NCBI RefSeq assembly: GCF_006345805.1
Contig: NC_042998.1
Location: forward strand, 141,236,001 to 141,300,000
DNA: 64,000 nt
DNA from: Octopus sinensis
Lineage: Eukaryota
Direction: 5' to 3'
The translations under genes were made by a program, and so were the position numbers. Below are positions 13,516-26,591 of the stretch, in pieces; the stretch's first letter is position 1, and each line of letters opens with the position of its first letter. The notes under the pieces are model-generated. The model was not told the DNA's origin. It searched no databases and saw only the letters and a program-made list of their open reading frames with translations.

Positions 13516-14472
13516 AATGAAATATTTTCAATTCATAAATAACTGAAAAGGAAATTTTGGTTGTTTTTGAAGATAAAGAAAAGAAATTTCTTCATATGAT
13601 CTATTATTGGAAAATATGTCTGTTTAATAATAATAATAATAATAATGGCTGATATAAATGTTGATTGGTTGGCTGGTTGGGTTCTCCAGTCATGCTTTAC
13701 ATTGTATACTGAGAAGGAGGGAGAGAAGGTGAACAAAAGAGAGACATAGAGAGTTCATATACGAGGTGTAGGATGAGTGTGGATACTAGGCTTAGTGGCA
13801 AGCAATGAGTAAAGGAACACTACACACACACACATACACAGTGAGAGAGGAAAACTACACTGCAGGGGGAGAGGGAAGGAGAGGAGGAGGAGGAAACAAC
13901 AGTTATGGAAGGAGTTATATAAATGAGCAGTTTGTTTTATTTAATTTTATTTTATACACACACACACACAATGCATACACACATACATATGCATGCACAT
14001 ACGCATACACATGCGTACATATGTGTGTGTGTGTGTGTGCGTGTGTGTGCATGCGTGTGTGTGTATGTATGTATATATATATATATATGCAAATGTGTAT
14101 GTATATTATATATATATGCAAATGTGTATGTATATTATATATATACATATTATATATATATATATGACTCTGCAACACTATATAAATTCTCTACTGGGAA
14201 TGACCAAGTTTAAAAATCTGCTGGATCTCACTCATAAGGGAATATTACATTGCGTATAAACTCTATATTTGGAAGGACCCATTTTAAACTCTGTTGGATT
14301 TTTGGACTTTACTTATACGATATTGGAATATTGCATATATACCATTATGCCTTAAAAATGGATTTACAACTTCAATATCCATACATATTTTGCATCTATT
14401 TTCTTTCCTCCACCTCACTCTCTATTTTGTATCACATCTAAACTAACTATGACTTAACCATCCTCTCACACC

Positions 14473-14524
14473 ATCTCCGATGAAGGGATATAATTAATAA
14501 ATATCCTAGAAACAGCTGTAAGAC
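14473..14524 (+). ncRNA. Type I hammerhead-like motif with a U4C core variant (PLE-type)
   Basis: TCT-CCGAUGA-A-GGGATA(loop)TATCCT-A-GAAA-CAGCTG-UA-AGA; palindromic stem III; stem I only 3 bp. Confidence 0.55.
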
Positions 14525-15099
14525 CTTCTATCTATAAATGTTCTAATATCTACACAGCCTTGGTTCTTTATCTTATTACGCAATAAATTCTTTTATATAT
14601 ATATATATATATGACATATTTCTTCCAGCTAAGACTAAAGATTGCTGGCAGATAGCAATGAAAAGAGACAGAAAATAATACAACTATGTCTCTAATTGCA
14701 GATACATTTACTTCACAATTTGCTTTATTTATTTATTTATTTATTTACTTATGTGCAGTCTTCAGACTAATTTGGAAATTGTCTGCTGTTCTTTTTGCTG
14801 AAAGCTGCAGACTGCTCTTGAATTGTTGATTTTGGGGTTTTGCCAGTTGCATTTGCTTTTCTGCAAAAGTTGAAGTGAAATACATTGTTCTTAGTTATAG
14901 GAAATGTCATGGATTTGATGACTAAGCTATTTTAACTGATGATAGTATGTACACTTTAATGTGGGGTTATTTTTCATTTCAGTGCATATAGTACAAATTG
15001 TGACAGTGTTGCTGTGGTGTGTACTAAGTAAGCATCTGAGACAGTATTATTGATTGTGTAATGGTATATTACTGAATGCAAACCACCAAGGCTTAACTC

Positions 15100-15815
15100 G
15101 GCATGAAGAAATGCAGGGAAACATTGTCATGTTCAGACTAACTTTTATCTGTTGGCTGATATTTAATTGTTAGGTACATTAGAATTATGACACAACAGCA
15201 AAGCCTTTAGCTTAGATTCAACATTCTAATTCTTATGGGATGTCCCTCAACATTTCTAGTTTCCATGACAGTGAGCAACTCAAGGGTCAGTGCATGTAGA
15301 AAGAATGAGAGAGGACATGAATGTAACAGCTCATCCCAGGACCTCAGTGAATGTCCATGATTAATCTCAAGCAACACAGGTGGAAGCACTCCAGTAAATT
15401 CAAATGTTTCTAATAAACTATCAAGGTTTTGCAAGTGTAAAGAGAGCTTGTAAAAACGTAGGCATTATAGACAACTGTCTTTGTTTTCTTTTACAGGCAT
15501 TTCTAAGACCACACATGATTTTGAAGAGCAGGGAAGGTGGTGAGATATTTCTCCATCGAGGGAGCAGTGACGGTTTATAGTACAACCAAGCTAGGAGAAC
15601 TTCTTAACAATTGTCAGCTTCTTCCCACTGATGTAGATGGAAGGTTTCCCCATAGACTGTACCTGGTGCTGGTTGAGACATGACAACTGTTTTATTCAGA
15701 CTGATTATCTGACCAAAAGCTTTGCATGGATGGGACAACCTATCCCTGAAGCATTGTATATCAGCAGCAGTGAGTGAGACCAGGTCACAGCCATCAGTGG
15801 AGAGGAGATCGTAAG
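15100..15815 (-). pseudogene. RTE-clade LINE reverse transcriptase C-terminal fragment (degenerate)
   Basis: DGCDLVSLTAADIQCFRDRLSHPCKAFGQIISLNKTVVMSQPAPG / PSIYISGKKLTIVKKFS*LG / LFYTCKTLIVY*KHLNLLECFHLCCLRLIMDIH*, colinear with RTE/BovB RT. Confidence 0.8.
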
Positions 15816-15819
15816 CAAG

Positions 15820-15865
<46 letters not shown>

Positions 15866-16956
15866 CACACACACACACACACACACACAGAAACACAAAC
15901 ATACACACAAACACACACACATATTTGTATTTTGAAGCAGGGGAGAATAGTACAAATGAAAACGTACATATTGATATCATGAAGAGGAAAGAAAAACATT
16001 TATAATTCTTTGCTAAAAGCCAGAAAGCTACCATAATTTCTATAAACTGTTGGTACTAGACGTGCAAACCACAAAACGAGAGACTAAAATTCCTATATCT
16101 CAATATTCTAAAATATTATATATTGAAATTCTTGTCTGTATATCTGTTATTTAATTATAACTAAAAGTTGTATAATTCAGCTTGACATTTTTATATATTG
16201 AAATAGTTGTATGTCCATATTTTATCTAATTAAACTAACTCAAACATAATCAAATTTTAATATTCTTCATTTGTAATCATTAAAACTGTGTGTTATAATT
16301 CCAGTTGATGTATACAGAAATTTGATTACTTTTCTACAGCAGAAACATTAAAAGAATATATAAAAGAAAACAAAAAATATTTTTTCAATATCAAAAGTTT
16401 AAAAAATCAAAAATTGTAGAGTTATGAATATTTAAATTATTAGCAATGATATACACACATAGACACATGTGTGTATGCACACACATATGTATTTTTCTTC
16501 TAATTTTTTTGAAGAAATGCAAAAGATCGAAACGTCAAAGATGCTTTCACTTCTTACTCTTTCATTTAAACTAATAATGGCACTTTGTTTTCACTTTCTT
16601 TGTTATGTTCATATTTTTGTTGTAAAGTCTGAACACACACACATACACAAACACGTATGTATGTGTGCATGAATACATATGCATGCATATATGTATATCT
16701 TTTTTATGTTAAGTTATATATAAAAACAATTTAACATTAAACAGAAGGATTACTGAATGCTTATTATTAACATTCATATTTATCAATTTTTACAAGGAAA
16801 ATATTGACAGTGACTTTGAAATTTTACCTTCATCAGACTGTCTGCTGATGACAAAACTTTGACCATTTCTATCTAGAGGGTTTTTAACTCAATATTTACA
16901 CACTGTATCTGCTTCGAGTGTGACTCTCAAAGATATTAAATGTGTGTGTATATATC

Positions 16957-17265
16957 GTCATCGTTTAACGTCCGCTTTCCATGCTAGCATGGGTTGGATG
17001 ATTTGACTGAGGACTGGCAAACCAGGTGGTTGCACCAGGCTCCAATCTTGATTTGGCAGAGTTTCTACAGCTGGATGCCCTTCCTAACACCAGCCACTCC
17101 GAGAGTGTAGTGGGTGCTTTTATGTGCCACCAGCACGGGAGCCAGTCAGGTGGTACTGGCAACAGTCATGGTAAATCGTGTTTTTTTTATTTTACGTGTC
17201 ACCTGCAGACTGGCAGGTGACAGTAAGGCAACACTGGTAACGATCATGCTCGAATGGTGTTTTTT
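16957..17265 (-). mobile_element. Repeat family C copy
   Basis: High similarity to 10-218 by eye. Confidence 0.75.
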
Positions 17266-17330
17266 ACATGTTAATTTATATATATATATATACATACATA
17301 CACACACACACACACACATACATCCATATA

Positions 17331-18574
17331 CAGGAGATGGACAATATAATGGAAACACCTAGCATCATAATTTTGAAATATCTATGAAGCCGTCAAAAGC
17401 TTGTTTATTTTCATGCTTATTGATTTATTATTAGTGTTCCTTAATATGTTTTGCTAAAATTGCAGTTTCTTTTCAGATATCATCAGAAAAAGGTAATTAA
17501 AATTCATCGAAATGACAGATCTACTGGACTTTCAAAGAGGTCAAATTGTTGGTGCTTGTATGGCAGGCGCTAGTGTAATGAAAACAGCTGAAATGTATGG
17601 TGTATCAAGAAGTACTGTCCTGAAAGTAATGACAGCCTTTGAGAAAGAGAGAAAACCTCCTCGTCGAAACAAAACTCCAGAAGGAAACCAAAACTTTCAG
17701 ATAGGGACCGTTGGACTCTTACGCGAATTGTTAGAAAGGATCACAAAAGTACAGCTCCCAAAATTACTTCAGAGCTTAATGACCACCTCAAGAACCCAAT
17801 TTTCACAAAAACTGTTCACCAGGAGCTGCACAAAGTCGGATTTCATGGGAGGGCTGCAATTAGAAAACCACTACTTTCAAAAACAAATGTTGCAAAGCAT
17901 TTAGAGTGGAGTAAAAACCTACAGAATTGGTCCCTAGAGCAGTGAAAAAATGTTATTTTCTCAGACGAGTCATCCTTTACCTTATTTCCAACCACTGACC
18001 GAATATACATGTGGAGACAGCCAAAAGAAGCATTTGACCCAGACTGCCTTTTTCCAACTGTTAAACAGGGAGGAGGATCTGTGATGATCTGGGGGGCTAT
18101 ATCTTGGAAATCTGCTGGCCCAATGGTTTCCCTTCATGGCAGAATTAATAGTCAAGACTATTTGAGCATTTTATCTGATCAAATTCATCCTATGGTTGCA
18201 GAACTGTTTCCAGAGGGAAGCGCTATCTTTCAGGATGATAATGCACCAATTTACACAGATAAAGTTGCTACTGAATGGCACGAGGAACATTCTAGTGAAG
18301 TTGAACATCTTATCTGGCCATCAAAGTCCCCAGATCTCAATATTATTGAACATTTATGGTGCATTTTAGGAAAACAAGTAAGGAGTTGATATCCTTCACC
18401 ATCATCACTACAAGAATTGGGGAGTGTTTTAGCTGAAGAATGGACAAAAATTCCTTTGGAAACAATTCAAACTTTGTATGAGTCCATACCTTGTAGAATT
18501 CAAGCTGTAATTACTGCCAAAGGCAGTTCTACCTCATATTAAAATAAATTTGCTTGAAATTTGTCCAACCCCTG
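17331..18574 (+). mobile_element. Full-length Tc1-like transposon, DD36E type, 1244 bp
   Basis: TA TSDs at 17329-30 and 18575-76; TIRs CAGGAGATGGACAA / CAGGGGTTGGACAA; one transposase inside. Confidence 0.9.
17512..18542 (+). pseudogene. DD36E transposase pseudogene (frameshift plus in-frame stops)
   Basis: MTDLLDFQRGQIVGA...SDESSF...FQDDNAP-(36 aa)-SPDLNIIEHLW; frameshift near 17650 and stops near 17943 and 18387. Confidence 0.88.
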
Positions 18575-18660
18575 TATAGATGTATATATTTATATATACA
18601 TCTGTGTATATATGTGTGTGTTTGTGTGCGTGTAAATACACACACACACACACACACGCA

Positions 18661-18741
<81 letters not shown>

Positions 18742-18777
18742 ATAAGCATGATTATAATATAATACATGCATGATGTT

Positions 18778-19237
18778 GGCGAGCTGGCAGAAACGTTAGC
18801 ACACCAGGCGAAATGCTTATCGATATTTTGTCTGCCGTTACGTTCTGAGTTCAAATTCCACCGAGGTTGACTTTGCCTTTCATCCTTTCGGGGTCGATAA
18901 ATTAAGTACCAGTTACGCACTGGGGTCGTTGTAATCGACTTAATCCGTTTGTCTGTCCTTGTTTGGCCCTTCTATGTTTAGCTCCTTGTGGGCAATAAAG
19001 AAATAAGAAACGTTAGCACACCAGGCGAAATGCTTAGCGGTATTTCGTCTGTCATTACGTCCTGAGTTCAAATTCCACCGAGGTCGACTTTGACTTTCAT
19101 CCTTTCGGGGACAATAAATTAAGTACCAGTTGTGTACTAGGGTCAATAAATTAAGTATCAATTGCGTACTGGGGTCGATCTAACCGACTGGCCCCCTTCC
19201 CCAAAATTTCGTGCCTTGTTCCTAGAGTAGAAAAGAA
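18778..19237 (+). mobile_element. Head-to-tail dimer of SINE family A (18778-19006 and 19007-19237)
   Basis: Two consecutive heads (GAAACGTTAGCACACCAGGCGAAATGCTTA) with different 3' tails. Confidence 0.85.
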
Positions 19238-20328
19238 CATAATACATGTGTGTATGTATGCATGTATATATACACATATATCTATCTATATATAGATAGA
19301 TAGATATAGATATACATACTTATATATATATGTAATTAATATAGGAATTTTCGTATTTTATACAGGGAATTGGGAAACAGAAATAGAATTGGGGAGTAGA
19401 AGCAACAAAAAGAAAAAAAAATCAATAAATTAGTTTAAAAGATTTTTTACGAAGTCCATGCAAGAAATGAAATCAATAAAAAAATAATATGCACAGTGGA
19501 GTAAATAATAAATAAAAAAAAACTAATTAAATGATTATTAATTTATCATCACCATCATCATCATCATCATCATCATCATTAATTTATTATTTATTTTCCT
19601 TGTATTCCCCTTCTATTAGACACTAGTGTTGATGCCCTCTATTATTTTACGTTAAATTAATTAATTAACATTTTACGTCATCACCAACTTATTGATTAAT
19701 ATCTCGCTTTCATTCGATACAATTGTGGATCCATTGTACCGTTTCAAATCATTCTTTATTATATTCTGTTTTATATTCCGTTATATATTAAATTTTATAA
19801 ATAATAAAATATATATATCTTGTTTACCACTAACTGACACACCTCATACAACACTACTTTATCGCAAGTTTGATAATTATTCTCCTTTTAATATATGTTT
19901 TGATCAATCATATTATTTAACATTATTTAACATCAGAAACCTGTTAAATGCGAACCCATCCACAAAATATCAAAGGTATGATATAATATAAGTAAACTAA
20001 TGTTATGCAAATTGGTTGGTCTGGAGTTAGATATGCACAGACTGGCTGCCTGTTTCTCTAAGATTGGTCATGGGCTATTGATATATTTCTGATGAAGCTC
20101 CTATAAGGGTTGAAAACTGATGAAGGCTGTTCATCACTTTTCTCAATCTACAGACAAATAGGTAAGATTAATGTTCTTTGTATGTCTCCTTCATAGTGTA
20201 TGTGCGTATGTATGTATGTATGTATGTATGTATGTATGTATGTATGTATGTATGTATGTATGTATGTATGTATGTATGTGTGTGTGTATATATACACATA
20301 TATATGTATATATATGTGTGTATATATG

Positions 20329-20379
<51 letters not shown>

Positions 20380-20614
20380 CATATAGATGGCAATACTATA
20401 CATAAATGCCACACGCTAGGAGGGTCTCTTAAAGTCAAAACTACCAAAATAAATAAACACATCGTACCGAATGCAACTCTCGAAGCAAGTCATTTAAAAA
20501 CAGAATTTAGCTGCAGATCACCGTAATTTCATAATTAGTGCAGTAATGCACTTTTTAATCATCAGTGCAAGCATAATTCGAGATTTATAACGAATGAACA
20601 AAATTATATATAAA

Positions 20615-21904
20615 CATGGTCTGATCAATATGTATCCAGACTGTTGCTGTAGTAACGAAGCTAAAGCACGCAGAGTAAAGCTGCTTGACACAGATTGACC
20701 TTGAACTCTGCTGTGCGTGTGCACTAAGTTTTAACGTTCTAGCTCACTTCCGCTGGTTACGGCAGCGATTGGAAGGAACGTGGGTAACGTGTGATCATCG
20801 CATTGATCATCACAGAAAAGGTTGAGTAGAGAATCTGTATCAAATTTAACCAAAAGCTTGGTGATACATGGTCAGAGGCCTACACAAAGTTGCAGAAAGT
20901 GTATGGAGAGGGGCATATAAGTTGCACACATGTGTACGAGTGGTTCAGACGTTTCCAGGAAGGCCGAAAAAATGTCAATATTGATGAACGTTCTGCGAGA
21001 CCTGCAATCAGCAGAACAGAAAAAAACATCGCAGATGTGTATGCAGTTGTGAGGGAAAATTGTGATATCCCCATCTGTGAGTTATCAGAGGATGTGCAGA
21101 TTAGTTACAGTTCATTTCAGTCCCTTGTTACTGAAGATTTGGGTATGAGATGCATGTCTGCTAAGTTTGTGCTAAAACTGCTTTCTGCTGACCAAAATGA
21201 CACTTGGGTTTCAATTGTACAAGATCTCCTTGAGTGTGTCAAGAACGATGAAAACTTTTTGAAAACAGTCATAAGGAGTGATGAATCATGGGTCTATGGT
21301 TATGACCCCCCAAAAAAACGGTCAGTCTTCGCAATGAAAGATCCCAATCTCTCCGAGACCGAAGAAAGCATGAATGAATCGAAGCACTGTGAAGATATTG
21401 TTGACAATTTTCTTTGACTACAAGGGGATTTTTCATCATGAGTATGCTCCACCTGGTCAGACAGTAAACAAGGAGTACTACCGTGATGTTTTGCGGCGTT
21501 TGCGGGATGCTATTCGTCGGAAAAGGCCACAGTTGTATGTATCTGGTGAATGGCAATTGCACCATGACAACGCACCTGCACATCCAGGGCAGCTTGTGCA
21601 GCAGTTTTTGGCTAGGCACAGCATTCCCCAGGCCCGACAGCCACCGTATTCCCCAGATCTCACCCTATGTGACTTTTTCCTTTTTCCAAAAATCAAATCC
21701 TGTTTGAATAAAAGAATGCGACAAGGCAGCTGCTGATTATGCCAGAAAAAAAGTTCCAGGAATGCTTCTATCAATGGAAACAGCGCTGGATTAAATGAGT
21801 GGCTTCCGAAGTTGACTACTTTGAAGGAGATTAAATGCCAAATTGGTATGTGTGGTAGTTTTATTTTTACAGCACCAGTCCGGATACTTATTGATCAGAC
21901 CTCG
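20615..21904 (+). mobile_element. Full-length mariner (DD34D), 1290 bp, inactivated
   Basis: TIRs C(AT/GA)GGTCTGATCAATAWGTATCCRGACTG; TA at 21905-06; transposase SDESWVYGYDP...HHDNAPAH-(34 aa)-SPDLTLCD with stops and a frameshift. Confidence 0.9.
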
Positions 21905-21920
21905 TATATATACACATACA

Positions 21921-22155
21921 CAGGGTGCAATGGATAAATTGTCACCATTTATAGTCCTAATTTCACGCATGCGCATTGTTTGTTTTTGATTTTGTTGACT
22001 ACACAGTATAGTAGGGTCAGTTGGGCACCGTCTGTGAGGTAAATAGCAACATGACGCCATTCACTCTGCCAGAAATTTGGAAACGACATGCTGTACTGCT
22101 TGGCATTCGCACCGGAAGCTCCAATACAAAAATTTCAGAGTGTTTGGGTGTCAAT
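21921..22155 (+). mobile_element. 5' stub of a maT-like element
   Basis: CAGGGTGCAATGGATAAATTGTCACC terminus; MTPFTLPEIWKRHAVLLGIRTGSSNTKISECLGVN from 22051 resembles the N-terminus of the 10.3 kb element. Confidence 0.5.
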
Positions 22156-23795
22156 CGGGATTGGTTGGAAGGGTAGGGAGAGAGGTTTCACACCCCACTT
22201 CTCCTTTAGCCGGTGGTATAATTGAGAAGGGTATAGGAAAGGTATAGAAGAAGGCCGCAACTCCCCACCTCGTCTGGGATGGGAGGCGTAGCCCCCCACC
22301 TTTGCCGGTTAGTATGTAATGTTAGTTATCAGCATACAGTTTTTTAAAAATCTCTATATAAGTATAATTATTCACATCTGATTTAAAATAGGAATATCTA
22401 GTGTTAATAAATCGAGTTGCTCCAAGAATATTAAAAATAGACAACGTAAGTTATCAGCATATAATATTTTTCAATCCATGTCCAAGAATAAATACTCACA
22501 TCGGATTTAAACGTGAATTATCAAGTGTTAATAAGGCGAGTTCTTTCACAAATATCCAAAATATGTATTGGAAGTTTATCAAGATAAATTTTCTAATTCT
22601 TATCCAAGTAGAAATAATCATATCGGATTTGAATATGAAATACTGAGTGTACTGTAGCTAATTATATTAGGTCCATTCCACGAAAAATTACTTGAATAAC
22701 TCATGTCGATATCTCTAACCTATGTCATGGGAATATTGAACTTTAAAATTTATTAAGTTTATCGTATAAATTGAAACATATCCTACAGTGTATATTTGCC
22801 TAAAAGACCGAATGAACGAATGACTTATATCAATGTAATAAGAGTTTTCACCGGGCGTGTGTCCATATGAAAACCTTTCGTAATTCAGACACCTTACTAT
22901 TTCTTTTTCTTCTGAAAATTACATAAGTTGTGTGTAACATCGAATTTTAAGTTTAACATTATAGTAATTCCTGTTCTTCACGGAAAACCCATGCGATGGA
23001 AGGGGTTGCAGAGGCTTAGTGCCGGCCCAGCTGTAAGCAAATGTAGATTTATAAGATTATTGGGATTACCTAAGGGGTACTGTGGAAATATACTGTATGG
23101 TCATTTAGGCATTTGGATTTGTGATAGAATTTGAATGTGTGAAAAAAAGTGATGATTTTGAAAAACACGTTTTCAAAACTTCAGTTTTTCCCCTCTCCAC
23201 CACTCTGGCAAAGAAAAAGGAGGGGAGGGGGAAATTAAAATTTTGAAAACGTGATTTGTCGTTTAGCTGCTGTTACTAGCATGTCGTGTTTTCTGTTTAG
23301 ATATTTTGAAATGCCGATTTTTGTTTTTGCAGATTCGGAATCTCTGCAGTCGAAAAAGTGGGTTTCTGTAGAAAAAGCCCCTCGCAAAAAGAAAAAAAAA
23401 ACAAACGAAAGGGGGTGCGGTCCATGTCCTTTACCTCCGCCCAGAGCTTTAAGAACGGCATATAAACCCCTCATAACATTAAATATATATTTTGGGAATT
23501 TCCAGGCAATTTTTGAAAAATTTGTATTCTACCAACGGGACTTCATACGATTATGCAAAAAGAAACAAAAAAATTGTAGCGGTGTGTGATTTATGGCCTA
23601 TTTACCTGTTATTTTTAGCACATCTCACAACCACCTCGATGACAAAAAAAGAACGAGAAAACAACACGTATTTTATAGTTTTAAGCATTCAATATGCATT
23701 TAATATGATAAACAACACATTACAAATTAAATATTTCTCAAAATAAGAAACTTATAGCACAAAGTTAAGATTTATCAAAAAACAAAATAGCACAT

Positions 23796-23916
23796 GCTCT
23801 AGGCACAAGGCCCGAAATTTTGGGGGAGGGGCCAGTCAATTAGATCGACTCCAGTACGTAACTGGTGCTTAATTTATCGACCCCGAAAGGATGAAAGTCA
23901 AAGTCGACCTCGGCGG
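23796..23916 (-). mobile_element. 5'-truncated SINE family A with a 15-bp TSD
   Basis: AACAAAATAGCACAT (23781-23795) / AACAAAATAGCGCAT (23917-23931). Confidence 0.85.
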
Positions 23917-24987
23917 AACAAAATAGCGCATTACAAATGGAATATTTCTAAAAAACAAACGTCTCCAATCTTAACTGGATAACGGAGCAAGTCCTCCACA
24001 CGAGTTTAGGACAAAACCTCCTCGGACAAAACCCCCATAGTTAAAGTGTGAAAGTGGACAAAATCCCCTCATTTATATTTTTCGGCTATTTTTCATTTTT
24101 CCCCCTTTTACTTGTTTCAGTCATTGGTCGGTGGCCATAGAGTACTGCCTTGAAGATTTTTAGTTGAACGTATTCGAACCCAGAATTTTTTCTTCCTTTA
24201 TATACTGGTATTAATAAAGGAGTATTGAGGTAAAAGAACATGCTAATTATATATTGATAAAATTATAATCTAAGCAGTTTTTTTTAATAATAATTATTAC
24301 TAATACCAGTATATACAAATTAATCAATATTCACAGATACTATCTGATGAGTTAGTATTTAAGTGTATGATATGTATAAATATTTAATTATTTCTGGATA
24401 ATTTCTTTCCCTCCCTCTATTGGGGTAAAAGTTTGGTATATACTCAAAATTATTCAAAAATTTCTATTCTTCTTAATAATCCTCTGAATAACCCTAAACT
24501 TTAGCTGTATACAATATAGTAACATTGTTTAAAATATTTTAATTATAGTACTATATGATAAGACTTCCCCTGTTTCATTATCAATGGTCTGCTAGTGGGC
24601 GACCCCCTTGATTGTCAGCTAACATCTAGTTTTAAGTTTTCCTTTACCAAACCTCATGATACATTGCTTCTAATAAATCTTGATTATACGACTATACCAA
24701 CTATGATTTCTGTCTGCTCCCTCAGCCCTGTCCTTTTGTTCTCTCAGCCTTAGATACACAAGGATTTGATAAACTAGTCTATAAATTAGAAACTGACCCC
24801 ATAAAAACAAAAAATCAGTGACAGGCAGAGTCTGTAACAATGTACATCCTCTTGATACCTTAGTAGCTTCTATGCTGGAGTGAAGACAGCATATTCTTTG
24901 TCTATCTCCTTAACTTCTTGGAGATTTTAGGTATAATTATACCAATATGGCCATCTGTTTTAATCTAATTAAATTCTATGTCTTTGT

Positions 24988-25071
24988 GCAGCTGAAGATT
25001 GCTCTGCATTTAAATTGATGTAATGATTGCGTTCTTAAATTAAATAGAGTTGCATGAAACGATCGTACTGC
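24988..25071 (+). ncRNA. Type I hammerhead ribozyme (PLE-type)
   Basis: GCAG-CUGAAGA-T-TGC..GCA-T-GAAA-CGATCG-UA-CTGC; predicted cleavage after 25067. Confidence 0.75.
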
Positions 25072-25088
25072 CGCTCGGGTTTGTGTTA

Positions 25089-25500
25089 TTCCCTGATGAA
25101 GCACAAGAAGTCATTGACTATTTCGAGGATACGTGAATTGGAAGGCCTAACAGAAGGAATGTATGATACCCACCTCTCTTCTCACTAAATATGTGGAAAA
25201 TGTATTTAAAAGTTCTTGATGATTTGCCCAAAACAAATGACTTTGTCGAAGGATGGGATCGAGCATTCGAAACCCAAGTTGGGTCTCATCACCCCAACAT
25301 CTGGAAATTTATCAACTTTTTACAAAAAGAACAAAGCCTACGCGAGATTCGGATTGAGCAGTATATTGCTGGAATGGAACCAGAACTATCAAAGAAGCGC
25401 TATTGAGATACTGCAAACGAATAAAAAGTCTTGTTCAAAATTTTGATCCACGAAATTTTGTTGCCTGCGTTCGTGGAATAGCACACAACCTTTCCTTTTA
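25089..25500 (+). pseudogene. Mutator-like (MULE) transposase C-terminal fragment
   Basis: IDYFEDT*IGR...PPLFSLNMWKMYLKVLDDLPKTNDFVEGWDRAF...HHPNIWKFINFLQKEQ resembles the MULE DYFE..W / LPRTNN.VEGWH / HP.IWKF motifs. Confidence 0.7.
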
Positions 25501-25522
25501 AGATTTAATAAATCCTTTCAGT

Positions 25523-25658
25523 TTCAAATTCCGCCGAGGTCGAATTTGCCCTTCATCCTTTCGGGGTCGATAAATTAAGTACCAGTTACGTACTGGAGTC
25601 GATCTAATCGACTGGCCCCTCCCCCAAAATTTCGGGCCTTGTGCCTAGAGTAGAAACG
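25523..25658 (+). mobile_element. 5'-truncated SINE family A with a perfect 16-bp TSD
   Basis: AATAAATCCTTTCAGT at 25507-25522 and 25659-25674. Confidence 0.9.
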
Positions 25659-25876
25659 AATAAATCCTTTCAGTAAATACTATCATTTGTTTTTTATGCA
25701 TTTTGAATTAAAATAATCCTAATGTTTTTATAAATAGTTAACAGCTAGTTATAAACCCAAAGAATTATAAATTATGAATAAAAAATACGAATTCATCAAA
25801 AAGAAACAATTTTTATTTTTTATTCATATTGTGTTTTAGACGAATTGTTTTAGACAAACTCGCCTAGATCCAAAGA

Positions 25877-26111
25877 TCTACTACATATGTGGAAAATCGG
25901 TGTGGGTTTGTTTGTGGTGTTGTTAGCTAACTCCTCCTACATCGTTTTATTGATTTTGATGAAACTTGACACGTGAGTAAAACTCATGTCTGGAAACCTC
26001 GTGACATACTTAGATTGTTGAGAAAATCTATAATACGACCCCTGGAAGGGACCTTTATATCTACTTCATATATAATTTGCTAGGCGGATGAAGACTTCGC
26101 CTAGCAAATTA
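25877..26111 (+). mobile_element. Non-autonomous Helitron-like element
   Basis: A|TC start, gtttgtttgt core, 3' hairpin TAATTTGCTAGGCG/CGCCTAGCAAATTA (26073-26111). Confidence 0.45.
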
Positions 26112-26307
26112 TTTTATTTGCTAACATAAAGTCAGAAACCATACTCCAGATAGTAAATGTTTTTCTTTTTCATTCCCTTCGAAATTTATCCCTAATAGTG
26201 GTTTGGATTTTGGCTATTCCTTCTAGCATGCCAGGTATCCTATGATGGATATCTCTTATCTGTTTAAATGTACACTGTATTTATATGCACACACACACAT
26301 AAACACA

Positions 26308-26347
<40 letters not shown>

Positions 26348-26471
26348 ACACACACACACACACACATACATATATATGTACATATATGTATATGTGTATA
26401 CACACACATAAACACATTTAGATATGAGCACACACTCACGTGTGTGTACGCGAGCGTGGATAAGATGATGA

Positions 26472-26521
<50 letters not shown>

Positions 26522-26527
26522 ATAATG

Positions 26528-26591
<64 letters not shown>

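Noticed and set aside
13264-13546. Poly-G/S/I and poly-A/V ORFs
   Set aside because: Compound trinucleotide microsatellite.
20088-20135. CTGATGA-AGCTC..GGGTT-GAAA
   Set aside because: Stem III and the UH triplet are missing; at best a decayed motif.
22156-23750. GC-patchy segment resembling DNA-transposon ends (similar style at 60.0-60.8 kb)
   Set aside because: No TIR pair, TSD or coding motif could be established.
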